64,000 nucleotides of DNA, from NCBI RefSeq assembly GCF_006345805.1, contig NC_043001.1, forward strand, positions 22,692,001 through 22,756,000, written 5' to 3'. A program made the position numbers and the translations under genes. The stretch's first letter is position 1, and every line of letters begins with the position of its first letter. Under the pieces are notes generated by a model that searched no databases, had not been told where the DNA came from, and worked only from the letters and a program-made list of their open reading frames with translations. The DNA comes from Octopus sinensis. Lineage: Eukaryota. This document shows positions 1 through 14,006 of this stretch, one piece after another.

Positions 1-435
1 TCCAATAACCTTTAGACTTTAGATGATGCAGACAGATCGGTTTCACTAGTAAATTTAGAACTCTTAATTATCGATTGATTGTCAGTATAAATGAAATTTT
101 TGTTCTGTCCCCCCACCAACTCCTTTCCAAAAATTTAATTCTACTAAATTACCTACATTTTCATAAGAAATCTGTATTGCTGCATTTAACCTGAGCCATA
201 TTCAATTATCCTTCAGAAATTTCAAACTTCTATTTTTTTTTTTCATTTTAACAAAGAAAAGCATTTCATCAGCAACTCTTCAGGTTTTCAAAATTAAATT
301 GTTACCTCCAGAGGTAGGGCTTATGACCATCATCCCAAACTAGTGAAGCCTACTTAAGTGCTCTAATCAGTTCTCAAGCCAAGGTTTTAAAAGCTTTATT
401 AAAATAAGTTGGCTTCAGGGTAAATATTTTGTGAG

Positions 436-790
436 CATGGCTGTGTGGTTAAGATTGTTTTGCAACCATATAGTTCCAGGTTCTCTCTCATTGCATGGCA
501 CTTTGGATAAACGTTTTCCACTATGGGCCCAGGTTGACCGATGCCTTGTGACTCAATTTGGTAGGCGGAAAATGTGTGAAATCCCATTATGTATGTGTGT
601 GTGAGTGTTTTTGCATTTCACAACCAGCGTTGGTTTGTTTACTTCCCTGTAACTTAACGGTCTGGTAAAAGTAACTGATAAAATTAGTACCAAACTTAAA
701 AAGAAAAAAAAAAGAAGCAAGTACTGGAGTTGATTTGACTAAATCCTTCAAGGTGACACTCCAATGACTGGGACAAGTGAAAGGCATAAA
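436..790 (+). mobile_element. tRNA-derived SINE, family with internal (TG)/(TA) tract (family C)
   Basis: Head GCATGGCTGTGTGGTTAAG..., body ...GATTTGGTAGGCGGAAA..., tail ...ACAAGTGAAAG; homologous to the copies at 1320, 12155, 27385, 51880, 55397 and 62587. Confidence 0.7.
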
Positions 791-1319
791 ATATAAGAGT
801 TATATAAAAGATTTACCCAAACAATTTTTCATTGCTGAATATATTATTATTTTTTATCACTATGGACAATCTATTCTAAACCAATCATCCATGCTTGAAT
901 TCATAATTCTCACCAGATTACTGAATGTATATGTGATAGCTTGTGATGTTTCTTTGTTACACTTTTAGGTAACAAAAGCAATATAGAGATGTTTTTTGGT
1001 TAAGTCTTTTCAAGAAACTAGTTATTAGTGATGTGTAGTTTCCTCTTCCACCAACCATGTTGTGGTTAACTGTTATTATTATTATATTATTATAATATCT
1101 GCTTTCACAGTTTTCTTTCATTGATACCCATTATGTTATGTGATATATTTAATATCAAAAATATCAAGTAACTAGTAGTGTTCCCACCCACTTTTAATAA
1201 TTCATATGAGAGCTATTGTTACAAATAATACTTTTGTTTTTTAAATTCCTTAATGATTGAGCTTATTGACCGATATAACTGACCATTGAAACAGGATCTT
1301 CAGCTTAAGAAATATCTCT

Positions 1320-1672
1320 TGGGTGTATGGTTGAGAATCTTGCTTTGCAACCATGGGTTTTCAAGTTTAGTTCCACTGCACTGCACTTCGGGCTAGTGTC
1401 TTCTATAGCCTTGGGCCAACCAATGCTTTGTGAATGAATTTGGTAGATGGAGACTTTCTGTGTGTGTTTTTGTGCTTCTCTCTGTCTGTTCACACATTGC
1501 ATGACAACTGGTGTTTGCTTATGTCCCTGTAACTTAGCAATTTAGCAAAAGAGATTAATAGAATAAGTACCAGACTTAAAAATAAGTACTGGAATTGATT
1601 TGTTTAACTAAACCCTTCACAACGATGCCTCTGCATGGCTACAGTCTAGTAACTGAAATGAGTAAAGGTAAA
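1320..1672 (+). mobile_element. SINE family C copy (decayed)
   Basis: Shares CTTCTATAGCCTTGGGCCAACC..TTTGGTAGATGG..GAATAAGTAC..CTGAAATGAGTAAA with the other copies. Confidence 0.7.
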
Positions 1673-1747
1673 AGTGGTATCTTTTCTAATACTAATTTTT
1701 TTCAGTTTTAGCATATTTTCACCCATCTCCATATAACAGATTAATAT

Positions 1748-2540
1748 ACTGAACCATAAAAGAAACGTCACATTGTAAAAGATTTTTTTGTTTCACAGAT
1801 ATTGAGATGATATGGATTCTATCACATTTCTGGGTAATTTGACATCAGGAAGATGTCATTGACCCACAACACCACTCTCTTTTGAAAACACAAAGATTGC
1901 ATGTAGGGTTCAAACTCACTCACTTTTTGTGAACATGGTAATGTTCGTGAGCACATCTTTATGGAAAGCATGATGCATGTTCAAAATGTCGACTCATTGA
2001 GTATAAAAGACAAATTTACCAGCCTGTCATTTGTTTCCTGAATGCAGCAAGCATGCCAAGACTGACACAAAATTAGATGGACATCTCCATGCTGGTCAAT
2101 GTCCATGGGTCATTGCTAATGACTTGAACTGCAATATTTGGACAATTGAGTAGCTGAGGGAATGATACAATGCCACAAACAGCATGGGTGATCATCCATG
2201 CTGTGGCTGACCGAGGGTTACAATGTTACATCAAGATTGCCACCTGCACAGACTACTTGCAGGACCAATTCTGGAGGGCAATGGAATCAGCTAGACAGAC
2301 CATAGGGACTCATCACAGACCCATTTCTGCAGAGACAGTTTGCTGCTGGTTGAGATCTTTCAATCTGTCTTGTCAACGTCTCGCTAGGAGGCCCCATCCT
2401 CACAGATTATCAACAGGCACGTCTGCAGTGGGCTTAAAAATGTCAGAACTAGTGATATCAGCAGTGGAGGACTGTAATCTTCTCTGACAAAAGGCGATAT
2501 TGTATTTCTGTGGAAGATGATGGAACTAGGGTTTGGAGAA
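1748..2540 (+). mobile_element. Tc1-like DNA transposon relic, 3'-truncated
   Basis: Tc1-type end TACTGAACCATAAAAGAAACG; disrupted frame starting MPRLTQN at ~2053; ORF 2170-2487 (..ARQTIGTHHRPISAETV..); then W-R-T-V-I-F-S-D..DG-T-R-V-W-R at ~2465-2538, the first catalytic Asp motif. Confidence 0.75.
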
Positions 2541-3464
2541 TATAATCTAATTAAAACATAACTAATTCAGCAACATTTTCTCTTCTCTTAACCCTTTTGT
2601 TACCATAGACTGGATGATATATCAGGCAGGAAAGGGAGAAATACCCAGAATAAGATCCATTACATTGAAACTACCAGCAGTATTCTGTAATATAGTTAGG
2701 GTTGTGTCTGATACCTTTGTGTGTTAAACAAGAATGTTGTTGACAGTGACTTTGAAGTTTCAGTCAGGTAACCCGTCATTGGACTGCAATGCTTTAGTCT
2801 TGCTTTTATATAGTCTCTATTGAGTTAAAATTAAATTTTGGATGTGTGTGGGTTTGAGTGGATGGTAATGAGGTTTTTATGGTTGGTTGTTATGTTTTAA
2901 TTAAATTATATTTTAGTTCCTATTTTTATACATGAATGTATACACACCTATATCAGCTCCACTTTAGAATATATCTAGAACAGAATTTGAAGAAATTTTA
3001 CAAACAAGCTCTATCTCCACAAAACAGGAAGGTGAAAATCCCCATATACTCATCAAATTGCTTATAGAGTAATGAACACCTAGATAGAAACATATAGACT
3101 TGCAACCTTCATCCAAATACCTTTGTGAACATCAAAGTGCAAGAGGAACAGCTTTTTATACTAACAAAGCTATGACATATCTGACTAATAACCCCAACCT
3201 TACAAATGAAAACCAGAAATACTCTAAATAACAAGTAAATGATCAGCCTAAACTAACTACCTGCATTCTTTTGTGAAAAAAAAAGTTGCCGCACCCAATC
3301 ACTAAGGACTTAAATACTGGACTTTGTAATTTTGACTTTCACATTGTTAATGCAAAAAGATTAAATCCAGTAATACCAATCCTGTGGATTGTTTAACTCT
3401 GATGGACCACATTCAATGGCATATTTGTAATGCTAATGGTCCTGATCTGTCTTCTAAATTGGAT

Positions 3465-4267
3465 TCACTCTCTCGTTGTTGTGTGGCTTTTATCGTTTCG
3501 TTTCACATCCCACCGAACAGATAACAACACCTTATGTGGGTGAAGACCTTCTTTAGCCTGGGGTGCCAGTATTTCGCCTTTCCCTATCCACTGCCTTTGG
3601 TGTTTGACATTTTTATAGAGAACCCATTTCTCATCACCAGTCACTATTAGGTCCAAAAAAGGTTTGTTTGTGAGACATGACAGCAAAGAAGAGCACACAT
3701 TCTCTCTGTGCATGCGATTAGACTCAGAAAATTTGAGAGGATCCCATTGTCCCAATTTGCTAATTTTTCTGATGGCATGCAGGTGTTGATGAATGGTTGA
3801 ATGACCAAATGCAAGCTTCTCTGCTAGTTCCTCAACAGTTACAATGGGATCTTGTTCTACCAGAGTTTGCAGGACATCCTTGTTGAGCTCTGCAGATCTT
3901 CCAGGATGAGGCGTGTCTTCTAGGTTGTAGTTATCGGCTCGGAATTTCTGGAACCACCGCTGACACTGGCTTACACTTATTGTCTGATCCCCATATACTG
4001 CATGAATATTTCTTGTACTTTCTGTTGCGTTTTTGCCTTTATTGAACTCATAAAGTAAAATATGCCAAATATACTCCTTTGTCACTTCCATTATCGCTTT
4101 GAAAAAAGAACCGTTAAAATCGAACCGCATTCTTCAAACCTAGCACTAAGAATAAGTACAAGGTAAAATTACTACCTGCATTTAGTAGTTTATCCCTCTG
4201 ACTTTGAGTTCATGCAATTGAAAAAAAAAACAAAAAAAAAAAACGCATTATTTATGGGTTGACCTGA
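3465..4267 (-). mobile_element. mariner transposase pseudogene, 3'-truncated
   Basis: ORF 3465-4130 with HILLYEF..QRWFQKFR HTH, WDPLKF (=WVPHEL) and IVTGDEKW; one TIR-like end TA-TCAGGTCAACCCATAAATAATGCG at 4244-4269. Confidence 0.9.
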
Positions 4268-5379
4268 TATATTGAATTCTAACACAGTTTATTAGTATCA
4301 CCATGCCTAAGCAAAATATCAAACTATATAGATGAGTATAGTATGTTTGATTGTAAGATTAAGATTTTCACATGCTAAAATACTAATCTTTCAAGAAGCA
4401 GAGAGTTAACTAATTTTATTGGTTTAACTCTATATAATAAACTAAATTTATACAGAGTTATAACTTTGTTTCTGTCCCTGTGATTTTTCTCAAATCTAAT
4501 AAATGTAATCTATATGAAGGTTGAATATTTATATCTTTTTTAGAGACAGTGAGAAATAAATAAAAAAGAAATGAAAAGAAGAGAGAGAATATGCAAGATA
4601 AGACACAACATTTGAAGGAAAAGAGATTTTAGCATTAGTTTCAACCAATGTTGGTGTAGTAATATCTTCAGGTGTGGCTTTTACTGACATTCTGGCCTTG
4701 ACCAGAAATTGAAATTGTCTTCTTAAATGGGGAAGTGGGCCATCACCAAGTTGTGTGTGTCTGTGTGTATTTCTATGTATTTGGACTGATAGTGATGTAT
4801 ATATAGATCGCTGTAGAGGAGGTGGAATAAGTAAACAAAGTGCTGACATAGTTCTAATCGAGAGAGAAAAACATGTTGATGAAAATGGTGGAATATGTGA
4901 TTGCTTGAGAATTAGAATAACAAGTTAAGAATCCTAGAATTATTGTGTTCATGAAAATTATTGTAATAATAATTTTACCCAGTTGGTATGAAGGCAATTA
5001 AAGAATATTGAGACTGGTGGAATTTTGAAGTTTTGATGCATGAAATGAATGAACTTAGAGATAGATAAAGGGTAGATATTAGGGGTAGGGATTGGAGGAA
5101 GTGGAATATATCAGGTGTAGACAAACTACTAGAGTTATAAATAGATGCACACCAGCACATCAACTGCATCTGCTAACCTCCTCAGTTCATTCATACCGAA
5201 ACATTTATACTCTTTTCATAGGTATTCATATTTTTAGTGCATTCATAAAACCATCTACATATGCATACACATGCATGCAAGCACACACACACTTAACATT
5301 TGTAGCTTCATATGAATGCATGTTTACATAAGCTTAAACATACATATCCATAATCCAATATCAACACTTACATATGAAC

Positions 5380-5790
5380 GTACAAATCTTTCATTTCTTG
5401 AAATGCTGATATGAATTCTAAAATCATCCGTTGGTGCAAAGGAGTACACGAGAGTTGCAAAAGATACGAATTTGACGAGGTACTGACAAAGTGGTTTATC
5501 AATCAACAATCTTTTGGTAACAACATCCATAGCATAGAAATTCATAATGCTACTGCTAAACTTGCTAACCATATGAGCATCAAGAATGTTCTGGCAATTT
5601 AGAAATCACCAGACCATTTGGGAAGAGGATAAATGATTTAATTAACTGTGAAGGGCTCTTAACTTTCCAAGTGTATAACATGAATAGAGCTGGTTTTTAT
5701 TGGCAATTGCTGCCACACTACCCAAGCTTTTAAGAAAGAAATTGCTACACCTGCTTGTAAATTTTGTAAATTAAAGAATGCTTTTTTTTT
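5380..5790 (+). mobile_element. Tigger/pogo (CENP-B/jerky-like) transposase relic
   Basis: FDEVLTKWFINQQSFGNNI..AKLA (CENP-B HTH-like), then at ~5630-5715 INDLINCEGL..QVYNMNRAGFYWQLLP, resembling QVYNADETGLFW..LP. Confidence 0.65.
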
Positions 5791-7476
5791 TTTTTGCATA
5801 GTGTTACATGAATGTAGATGGTATGCGAATTTTAAAGTTAATGGTTGCAGTGAAATCGGTGTATCTACAAATTTTGAAAGACATAAAGTACTGGCTATTT
5901 TATTGTTACTTCTGGCTGAGCAATCCAGTTGCATGCAGCTAATCAGCAGAATGGTTAGACATGACCTACAAATCTGTTGTTTCAGTTATACAATAACTCC
6001 ATCTAACTGTACACTCAGTGATGAAGCTTACAATATTAATTTATTTATTGCGGAGTGTCATTTGGGTGGCATAGTTCATGATGGATCTAATGTATGTCAT
6101 GTATACCACCATGACTGATATCCAATCTACAGTGGAGAAGGCTAGCCACTGGATTTGGTTAAAAAGAGACGATGAGCGATGGCTAGAGCAATATTGAGCT
6201 TTATTTGATAACCAGCTGATCTAGCAAGTGGGGCCTCATATCAGTGAGGAGGGCCGGTGTGCATTGATGCCGTCGAGAGGTAGGCCCTGAAACGGTGCGC
6301 ATTCTCTCCTGATGACCCCATACACTTGCTGGCTTCCGGTATGCGGAGTTTTTGACTGGTAGCACTTGTATGTGCAAGTTGTTTGCAAGACATCAGTTTG
6401 GATCTGTTGTATTCTCTCCACTGTCCATTCTATTTCTATAAGTTTGTAGATTCCCATGGCTGCAGTAGAAGTGTGCAAGGTGGACTTGGCCAGAGCATGA
6501 CAGCTGCTGTTTTTCTGTTTTCACGGAAAATTGGAAACGGAGGACATTGGTTACAGGATGGTAACATTCATTTACAACTATCACGTGTGTCTGGGGTTAA
6601 TGGGGCTTCTGATGTTGCAGCTGTTTCAGTATGTGCTAAGCTTGAGTTGAGTGAGGGAGATAGCATTTTTAGATTGATGGTGGATTATTGTATATATGTC
6701 TGGATGTGTGTGTGGGGGGTGATTCTTCGTGTATTGGCAGAGACTGTGATGGTTGATGTATGTTGTTGCAATTAACAATGCACCTTGCATGTCTTGATAG
6801 ATTTTTGTTTTTAGTAGTATTTTGTCAGGATAATGTATGATGTATTATTGTTTTGTGTATTTCATAGTTTAGAGTGATTTATTGTGGAGTGTCGTTTGGG
6901 TGGCATAGTTCATGATGGATCTAATGTATGTTGTGTATACATTATTGTATTAGTTTATTTCTGTTGACCAAATGTCATACCTGTAATTCCTCTCAGTATT
7001 TGCATGGCTTTAATTTCTTTATTAGGTCTTATGTAGATTCTGTGACTAATGTGGAATTGTTATTACTCTTTGATAATTTTGGTATATTTCTGTATATATG
7101 TGTGGAATATGTTTGTTGAGTGTGATTGTTTTATATGATGTTTCTTGGTATTGCTGATTATAAAGGGAGACAGTGGATTTGGTAGGTGCTACTTTTAAGT
7201 GTGTTGTTTTGGAGCCAGGGTTCTAGGAGATTGATGCCATTGCAATTGTTCAATTGTGTTTATAGAATGGCAGGACAGTGCCAATGTGATGTCTTCTGTC
7301 TATGTTTTAAGGAGGTATGGGAAATTGCAATTTTTGGAATAGTAGGAAGGATTTGGTAGGAAGTTTACTAGCCAGCTTTTTGAACTGTTTAAAGGAGTTG
7401 ACAAAACGTTAATGATGTCTTTGGTAGTTAGATTGGTGCAGGTGAGATGTTGAGGTGCCTTTATGCAGTTATCTAT

Positions 7477-7790
7477 CATCATCATCTTCGTTTAGCGTCC
7501 ACTTTCCATGCTAGCATGGGTTGGACAGTTCAACTGGGGTCTGGGAAGCCAGAAGGCTGCACCAAGCCCAGTCTGATCTGGCAATGTTTCTATGGCTGGA
7601 TGCCCTTCCTAACGCCAACCACTCCGTGAGTGTAGTGGGTGCTTTTTACGTGCCACTGGCACGGAAGCCAGACGAGGCTGGCAAACGGCCACGATCGGAT
7701 GGTGCTCTTTATGTGCCACCGGCATGGGGGCCAGGCGAGGCTGGCAACGGCAACAATCGGATGGTGCTTTTTACGTGCCACCGGCACGAT
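7477..7790 (-). mobile_element. (GAT)n-tailed SINE/RTE-tail repeat with internal GTGCC-NNN-GGCAC modules (family E)
   Basis: CATCATCAT..TTTCCATGCTAGCATGGGTTGGAC..GGATGCCCTTCCTAACGCCAACCACTCC, shared with 10570, 16233, 18520, 18991, 29430, 46298 and 48205. Confidence 0.8.
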
Positions 7791-8841
7791 CTATATAACC
7801 TGCAATAATTAGCAGTCAAACCCCCTTCAAATCTTACCCTATTTGTATTAAAGGCTTGCCTTTCAAAGTCATTGCTTTGTACTCCCCTACCCCAATCACT
7901 TTATAAGGTGTTAGACAAATTTTGTATTTATCCGTTTGTTCAGCCATGATTTGAATTTCAGTTGAATTGTTGTTTATCATGGGAGACTGAATCTATCGTA
8001 GCCTACCACTTGCTTTGGTGTTATTACTGCCTGACTCTGTGTCGCCAGTGGCATTGATGTTGTTGTTAATGTACCATGTCATGATTTACTGTTTTGTTTG
8101 GGATGTGTTTGTTAGTCTGCATTGAATCAGACAATTCAGTTTTGTAGATAATACAGTTTGCTTGTTGTTGAAGTGTTTGGGGCTTTTGTCAAATTTATGA
8201 TGACTGTTGTTCCTATGTTGTTTTCAACCTCTGCTTAAAACTTTTACATTTAGACATATTATAAACATGCGTCATGTAACTTGTGTAAAGGTGGAAACTC
8301 CACTTTATATTACAGTTATAATAATGTTTAGGACAACAAAAACTTAGGGTCTGAAGGTTTCATTCATTTACTTATTCATATTTGATCTTAAAGAAATGGC
8401 AACAGTCTGTGATAGTTTTGATGAATTTTAATTGCAATTTAAAGTCATTCATATCGTGAGATTTCTTTGAAGATTTGTTTTTTTATGCCATTGTGTGACA
8501 TTATTACACACTAATGTTTAGCTTCTTCTGTAGACTTGTTCCTATGAATTCATACCGTAGTTGAAGCTCAACTCTGATATAGTCTTCATCAGATGTTCTT
8601 TTACTGGTCTTCTCTTTGGATTGCTCTTATTCTGGGATATCATCATCAAGAGTTATATTGACTCCAGTTTGTAGTTTTTTTTCCCTTTTTGGCTTCACGT
8701 CTATGGCTGGATGCTCTTAGTAATACCAACCACTTCATAGAGTATGTTGGATGCATTTTATTGTGCATGTATTTAACAATCTTGAAAGGTCCTCTCAGTT
8801 CTGTTACCTCTGCTTCTTTGCCAACCAGGTTGTAGTGTTTA

Positions 8842-9225
8842 TGTGTGTCTTTGTATATTTACAGGTATGTATGTATCAATGTGTGTGTGTGTGACTATGT
8901 ATGTATATTTGCAGGTGTATATGTATCAATGTGTGTCTTTGTATGTATATTTGCAGGTGTGTATGTATCAATGTGTGTCTTTGTATGTATATTTGCAGGT
9001 GTGTATGTATCAATGTGTGTCTTTGTATGTATATTTGCAGGTGTGTATGTATCAATGTGTCTTTGTATGTATATTTGCAGGTGTGTATGTATCAATGTGT
9101 GTCTTTGTATGTATATTTGCAGGTGTGTATGTATCAATGTGTGTCTTTGTATGTATATTTGCAGGTGTGTATGTATCAATGTGTGTCTTTGTATGTATAT
9201 TTGCAGGTGTGTATGTATCTGTGTA
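8842..9225. repeat. 42-bp minisatellite, ~9 copies
   Basis: Unit GTGTGTCTTTGTATGTATATTTGCAGGTGTGTATGTATCAAT; explains the 14-aa repeat ORFs on both strands. Confidence 0.95.
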
Positions 9226-9732
9226 TGCATATTTCAATGCATGTGTGTATGTGCTTGCACACATACTCTCCACACAACAGCCATGTAGCCAACACCAGTA
9301 CCGCTTTTCCATTATCCTTTCTTATTTTTCTGTTCCTTCTCCCACTCTTGTCATCTACCCTAGTTCTGTCATTTGCTTTCTCTACTTTATTTACCCTCTT
9401 AGGTGTATGTTGCCTTAGACAGAGAAACCATAGGGCAGTGAGGACTCTTAGCCTTGTGTGATACAAGACAATTTCATTGGTGCTGGTGCCATGATAAAGT
9501 TCACCCAGTGCACTCTATAAAGTGGATGTTGATCTGTATATGCATTTGTATGTACATGTGCATGCTTATATGTACATTTGTCTGTGTACTTGAGCATATC
9601 AAGATATTTTGTAGTTCTCAACACATGCATGTGTTCTTATATTCATGTTTCTTTATTATCTTTTAAATATTCACTTTTCCATACTTGCATGGGTCAGATG
9701 GAATTTGTTGAGATGGATTTTTCTATGGCCAG

Positions 9733-10212
9733 ATACCTATTTCTTTACTACCCACAAGGGGCTAAACACAGAGGGGACAAACAAGGACAGACAAACGGAT
9801 CAAGTCGATTACATCGACCCCAGTGCGTAACCGGTACTTATTAAATCGACCCCGAAAGGATGAAAGGCAAAGTCGACCTCGGCAGAATTTGAACTCAGAA
9901 CGTAGCTGCAGACAAAATACCACTAAGCATTTCGCCCGGCATGCTACCGATCCTTTTTCTTATTTTTTATTGTCATCTGTTTTGTATTTTAATAATCTTT
10001 TCTACTCTAGGCACAAGGCCCAAACTTTTTGGGGAGAGGGGGCAGTCGATTAGATTGACTCCCCCCCAGTACGCAACTGGTATTTAATTTATCGACCCTG
10101 AAAGGATGAAAGGCAGTTGACCTCGGTGGAATTTGAACTCCGAACATAAAGACAGATGAAATACCACTAAGCATTTCACCCAGCGTGCTAATGCTTCTGC
10201 TAGCTCACTGCC
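9733..10212 (-). mobile_element. tRNA-derived SINE copies carrying the GCCTTTCATCCTTTCGGGGTCGATAAA domain (family M, Meta-SINE-like)
   Basis: Two adjacent copies containing TCGACCCCGAAAGGATGAAAGGCAAAGTCGACCTCGGC..GAATTTGAACTC. Confidence 0.8.
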
Positions 10213-10569
10213 TGTTTTGTTTAATAATAATAGTAACATAATTGTTATTGTATTTCTAGAAGTTTGGTTTGAGTATAAAATATTCCATTATCTCTTCCAG
10301 ACAGTAATACAAACTGATATAAAATTTATTACTTTTGAGTATTATTAACAGCAGAAGTGGGGAATGACTATAGCAGAACTACATAATGATATTGACTAGC
10401 AGAGGGAAGTTTTTTTGTTTTCTCTAATATATTTTGACTTATATAAAATTATCAATATCTTTCCTCTCATTTTCACCGATCAGTTTACATAACTTTGAAA
10501 GTAATAGTCACTGTCATTAGCTATTTTTCTAATGCTGGTATTGTTTGGATGATTCACACGGCATCTCTG

Positions 10570-11285
10570 TCATCATCATCATCATCATCATCGTTTAACG
10601 TCTGTTTTCCATGCTAGCATGGGTTGGACGATTTGACTGAGGTCTGGCGAACCAGACTCCAATATGATCTGGCAGAGTTTCTACAGCTTGATGCCCTTCC
10701 TAACGCCAACCACTCTGAGAGTGTAGTGGGTACTTTTACGTTCCACTTGTATGAGGGCCAGTTTGGTGGTACTGGCAACGGTCACGCTCAAATGGTGCTT
10801 TTTATGTGCCACCTGCACAGGAGCCAGTCCAATGGCACTGGCAATGACCTCGCTCGAATGTTTTTTCACGTGCCACCAGCACAAGTGCTAGTAAGGTGAC
10901 GCAGGTAATGATCATGCTCTCGAATGGTGTTTTTAACGTGCCATCGGCATGAAGGTCAGCTTGTTGCTCTGGCAACAATCTCACTCATATGGTACTTTTA
11001 GCGCTCCACTAACAACGGATGCCAGTCACCGAGTTTGATTTAAATTTCACTTGCCTCAACTGGTCTTCACAAGCAGAGTTTAGTGTCCGATGAAGAAAAG
11101 GCACGCATAAGTGGACTGGTTACCCCCTAGCATAGACTACAAGGTTATGGTCACACTTGCGCTTGCCAAGTCTTCTCAAGCACAACATATTTCCAGAGGT
11201 CCCAGTCACTTGTCATTGCCTCGGTGCGGCCCAATGTTTGAAGGTCATGCTTCATCACCTCATCCCAGGTTTTCCTGGGTCTGGG
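10570..11285 (-). mobile_element. family E repeat, long copy
   Basis: (CAT)n tail, conserved GGATGCCCTTCCTAACGCCAACCAC and several internal GTGCCA..GGCA modules. Confidence 0.75.
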
Positions 11286-12154
11286 AAGAGGATCCAGCTA
11301 TAGAAACCAATTGAGAATGAAATCTGCATTTAAGATGTTGTCTTCTAACTCACCTAGAAGTACAGTAGTAGCCATCCAACCCATGCTGGCATGGAAAGCA
11401 GATGTAAAACAAAAATGTTGCACAGTTCACATCATTTCTATTCATTTCTTGGATCATCATCATCGTGTGCTTCTTTCCATATTGGTATTTGTCAGATGAG
11501 TCTTCTTCAAGTAGTGTTTCACAGCCAGATACCTCTTGTGATGCCAGACCTTAACTTTGTAATCTGTTTTATCCTGAGTAGGACATTCCCTTTATTTCTC
11601 TTTTTGGGGGAGAAACAGTGTTCAAGTGTTGTCAGTGTGAAGATCTGCATACACACACACACACATACACACACACACACACACATACGATGGGCTTCCA
11701 TACAGTTTCCATCTGCCAAATTTCACATGCGAGGTATTGGTCAATCCAAAACTATGTTAGAAGACCTGAAATGAGACCAACCCCAAAACTGCAGTGTTTT
11801 GAACTGAACTTCTTAATCACACAGTTATTGAGACAGAATGAGAAACAAGCCCATGGACAGGATCTGACCCACATTTCTATGATCCTTATCATTTAATATC
11901 CTTGTTTCATGCTAGTTTGTGTTTTCTATTGTTTGACAGCATCTTACGGATTCAAAAACTGCACCATGCTCCAGTGTCTGCTTTGACATGGCTTCTACAG
12001 CTGGATACACTTAACACCAACTACTTGACAGCGTATACTGGGTGGTTGTGTATACTAGTGAGGTAGACATGCAGCTGGCATGACTATGAATCTTGTGGGG
12101 CAGGGGTAGTATAATGTTGAATATCATTTTAGTGTCGAAAATATTTGCAGTTAT

Positions 12155-12444
12155 CTTTTATCTTTTACTTGTTTCAGTCATTAGACCGTGGCCATGTTGG
12201 GGCACCGCCATGAACTTTTAGTTGAATGAATCAACCCCAGTACTTCTTTTTTTAAGCCCTGTACTAATTCTGTCTGTTACTTTTTGCCAAACTGCTGAGT
12301 TACAGATATGCAAACGCACCAATACCAGTTGTTAAGTGGTGGTGGTGGGACAAACACAGAGGCAGAAAGACACACATATGCATACACACACACACACACA
12401 CACACACACCACACACACATACATATACACACATACATATACAC

Positions 12445-12489
<45 letters not shown>

Positions 12490-12647
12490 CACACACAGCA
12501 GGCTTTCAGTTTCCGTCTACCAAATCCTCTCACAAAGCTTTGGTCAGCCTGAGGCTATTGCAGAAAACACTTGTCCAAGGTGGCATGCAATGGGACTGAA
12601 CCTGGAACCTTGTGGTTGGGAAGCAAGTTTCTTACCATACAGCCACA
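12155..12647 (-). mobile_element. SINE family C with expanded (CA)n
   Basis: TTTTACTTGTTTCAGTCA tail, ~130-bp CA/TA tract, head ..CTTACCATACAGCCA. Confidence 0.8.
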
Positions 12648-12942
12648 ATTCATAGTTTTTTTCTCAAATGTAATCAGTAAAGCGGTTACTTAGTAAGCAG
12701 CTATACTACATGCTTTGGATCTGATCATTGAATCTCTCTCTTTAGTCTGAATTTAATTTGTGTCTCTAATATCATTTTGAAAATCTTAACGACTAATCCA
12801 TCTAATTAATTATTAGTTTGATAATTATTGTGTCACAATAAATTGCTTCCATGATTGATTTCAAATTGTTTGTTTTTAGTTCATAGTATCAATCATCTAT
12901 AGCTAAGCATACATATGACACTTGCAGCATTAGTTGTGCTTG

Positions 12943-12975
<33 letters not shown>

Positions 12976-13909
12976 ATAACCCACTTTAAACTCCTATCTT
13001 AGTCACTTTGATAAAGATATGCAAAGTAAAGATGATTACTTTAGATATGCTGGGAAAATTATCAATCTGACATTATATCTAGGATATGGTTACAAAATAT
13101 TTTCACAATCTATTTAGATCAGACTGAACAAGTTTTTATAAAATTTAATAGGTTTCATAAAGTTCTATCTATAGCTGTAACCTAACTGTTAAACTATGAT
13201 CTGATTACTTTATCACAGGCAATTTCGTAATGCTTGTCTATTTTGCATACCTTCTAATTCACTGCATTTTATTTATAATTTCTCTTCAGTTCTGTTCATC
13301 TAGTTTATAAGCCTGTCCTACAGTAGTTTTATAAAAACAGACATTGAACCAGTGATGAAGAGGATGATGATTTCATGCTGCTCATCTAAGTGTGACCAGT
13401 GGTATACAGCTCATTTCCTTTACAGTTGTTTATGTTAATCAACTTTCAGTGCCTATCTTCTACTATCATACATCACATTACTGACACAGACATCGTATCT
13501 ATTCAGAGTAGATATCTGTGCTGTTGCTTCCCTCTTTCCAACACTTATTAAGTTCACATTCTCCAACATAGCAGATCAACCAAAGGCCTTTTAGTTTCTG
13601 ACCACAATGGATTTGTTACAATTGCAGTGTTGATTGTCTCTGCCTTGTGTCATTGGTATTTTACTACTCATTTTGGGCTTAACTGAACTAATCCATTTTA
13701 AATATTGTATGTAGCTGTTTCTATAATAATTTTTTTTTTCCTTTGAAACCCTCACCTGCCACAAATTAACACCTTAAATTTAGTTGCATTCAGGCCTCTT
13801 CAGCTATTTTATTATTGAATTTTCCTAAAATTCCTTGATTGATTTGATAAAACAAAATCACTTGTGTTGAGAAACTTGTACGAGTTGATAGTTTTAAATT
13901 GCTTCACAA

Positions 13910-14000
<91 letters not shown>

Positions 14001-14006
14001 GCACAC
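13910..14006. repeat. (TA)n(CA)n microsatellite
   Basis: Direct inspection. Confidence 0.95.

Noticed and set aside
8560-8597. Minus-strand CTGATGAA-GACT..AGTT hammerhead-like start
   Set aside because: GAAA, stem III and stem I are missing
8843-9466. Several 100-190 aa ORFs on both strands
   Set aside because: Products of the 42-bp minisatellite
12277-12655. His/Thr- and Cys/Val-rich ORFs (similar ones at 11519, 13899, 52792, 53476)
   Set aside because: Translations of (CA)n/(TA)n tracts
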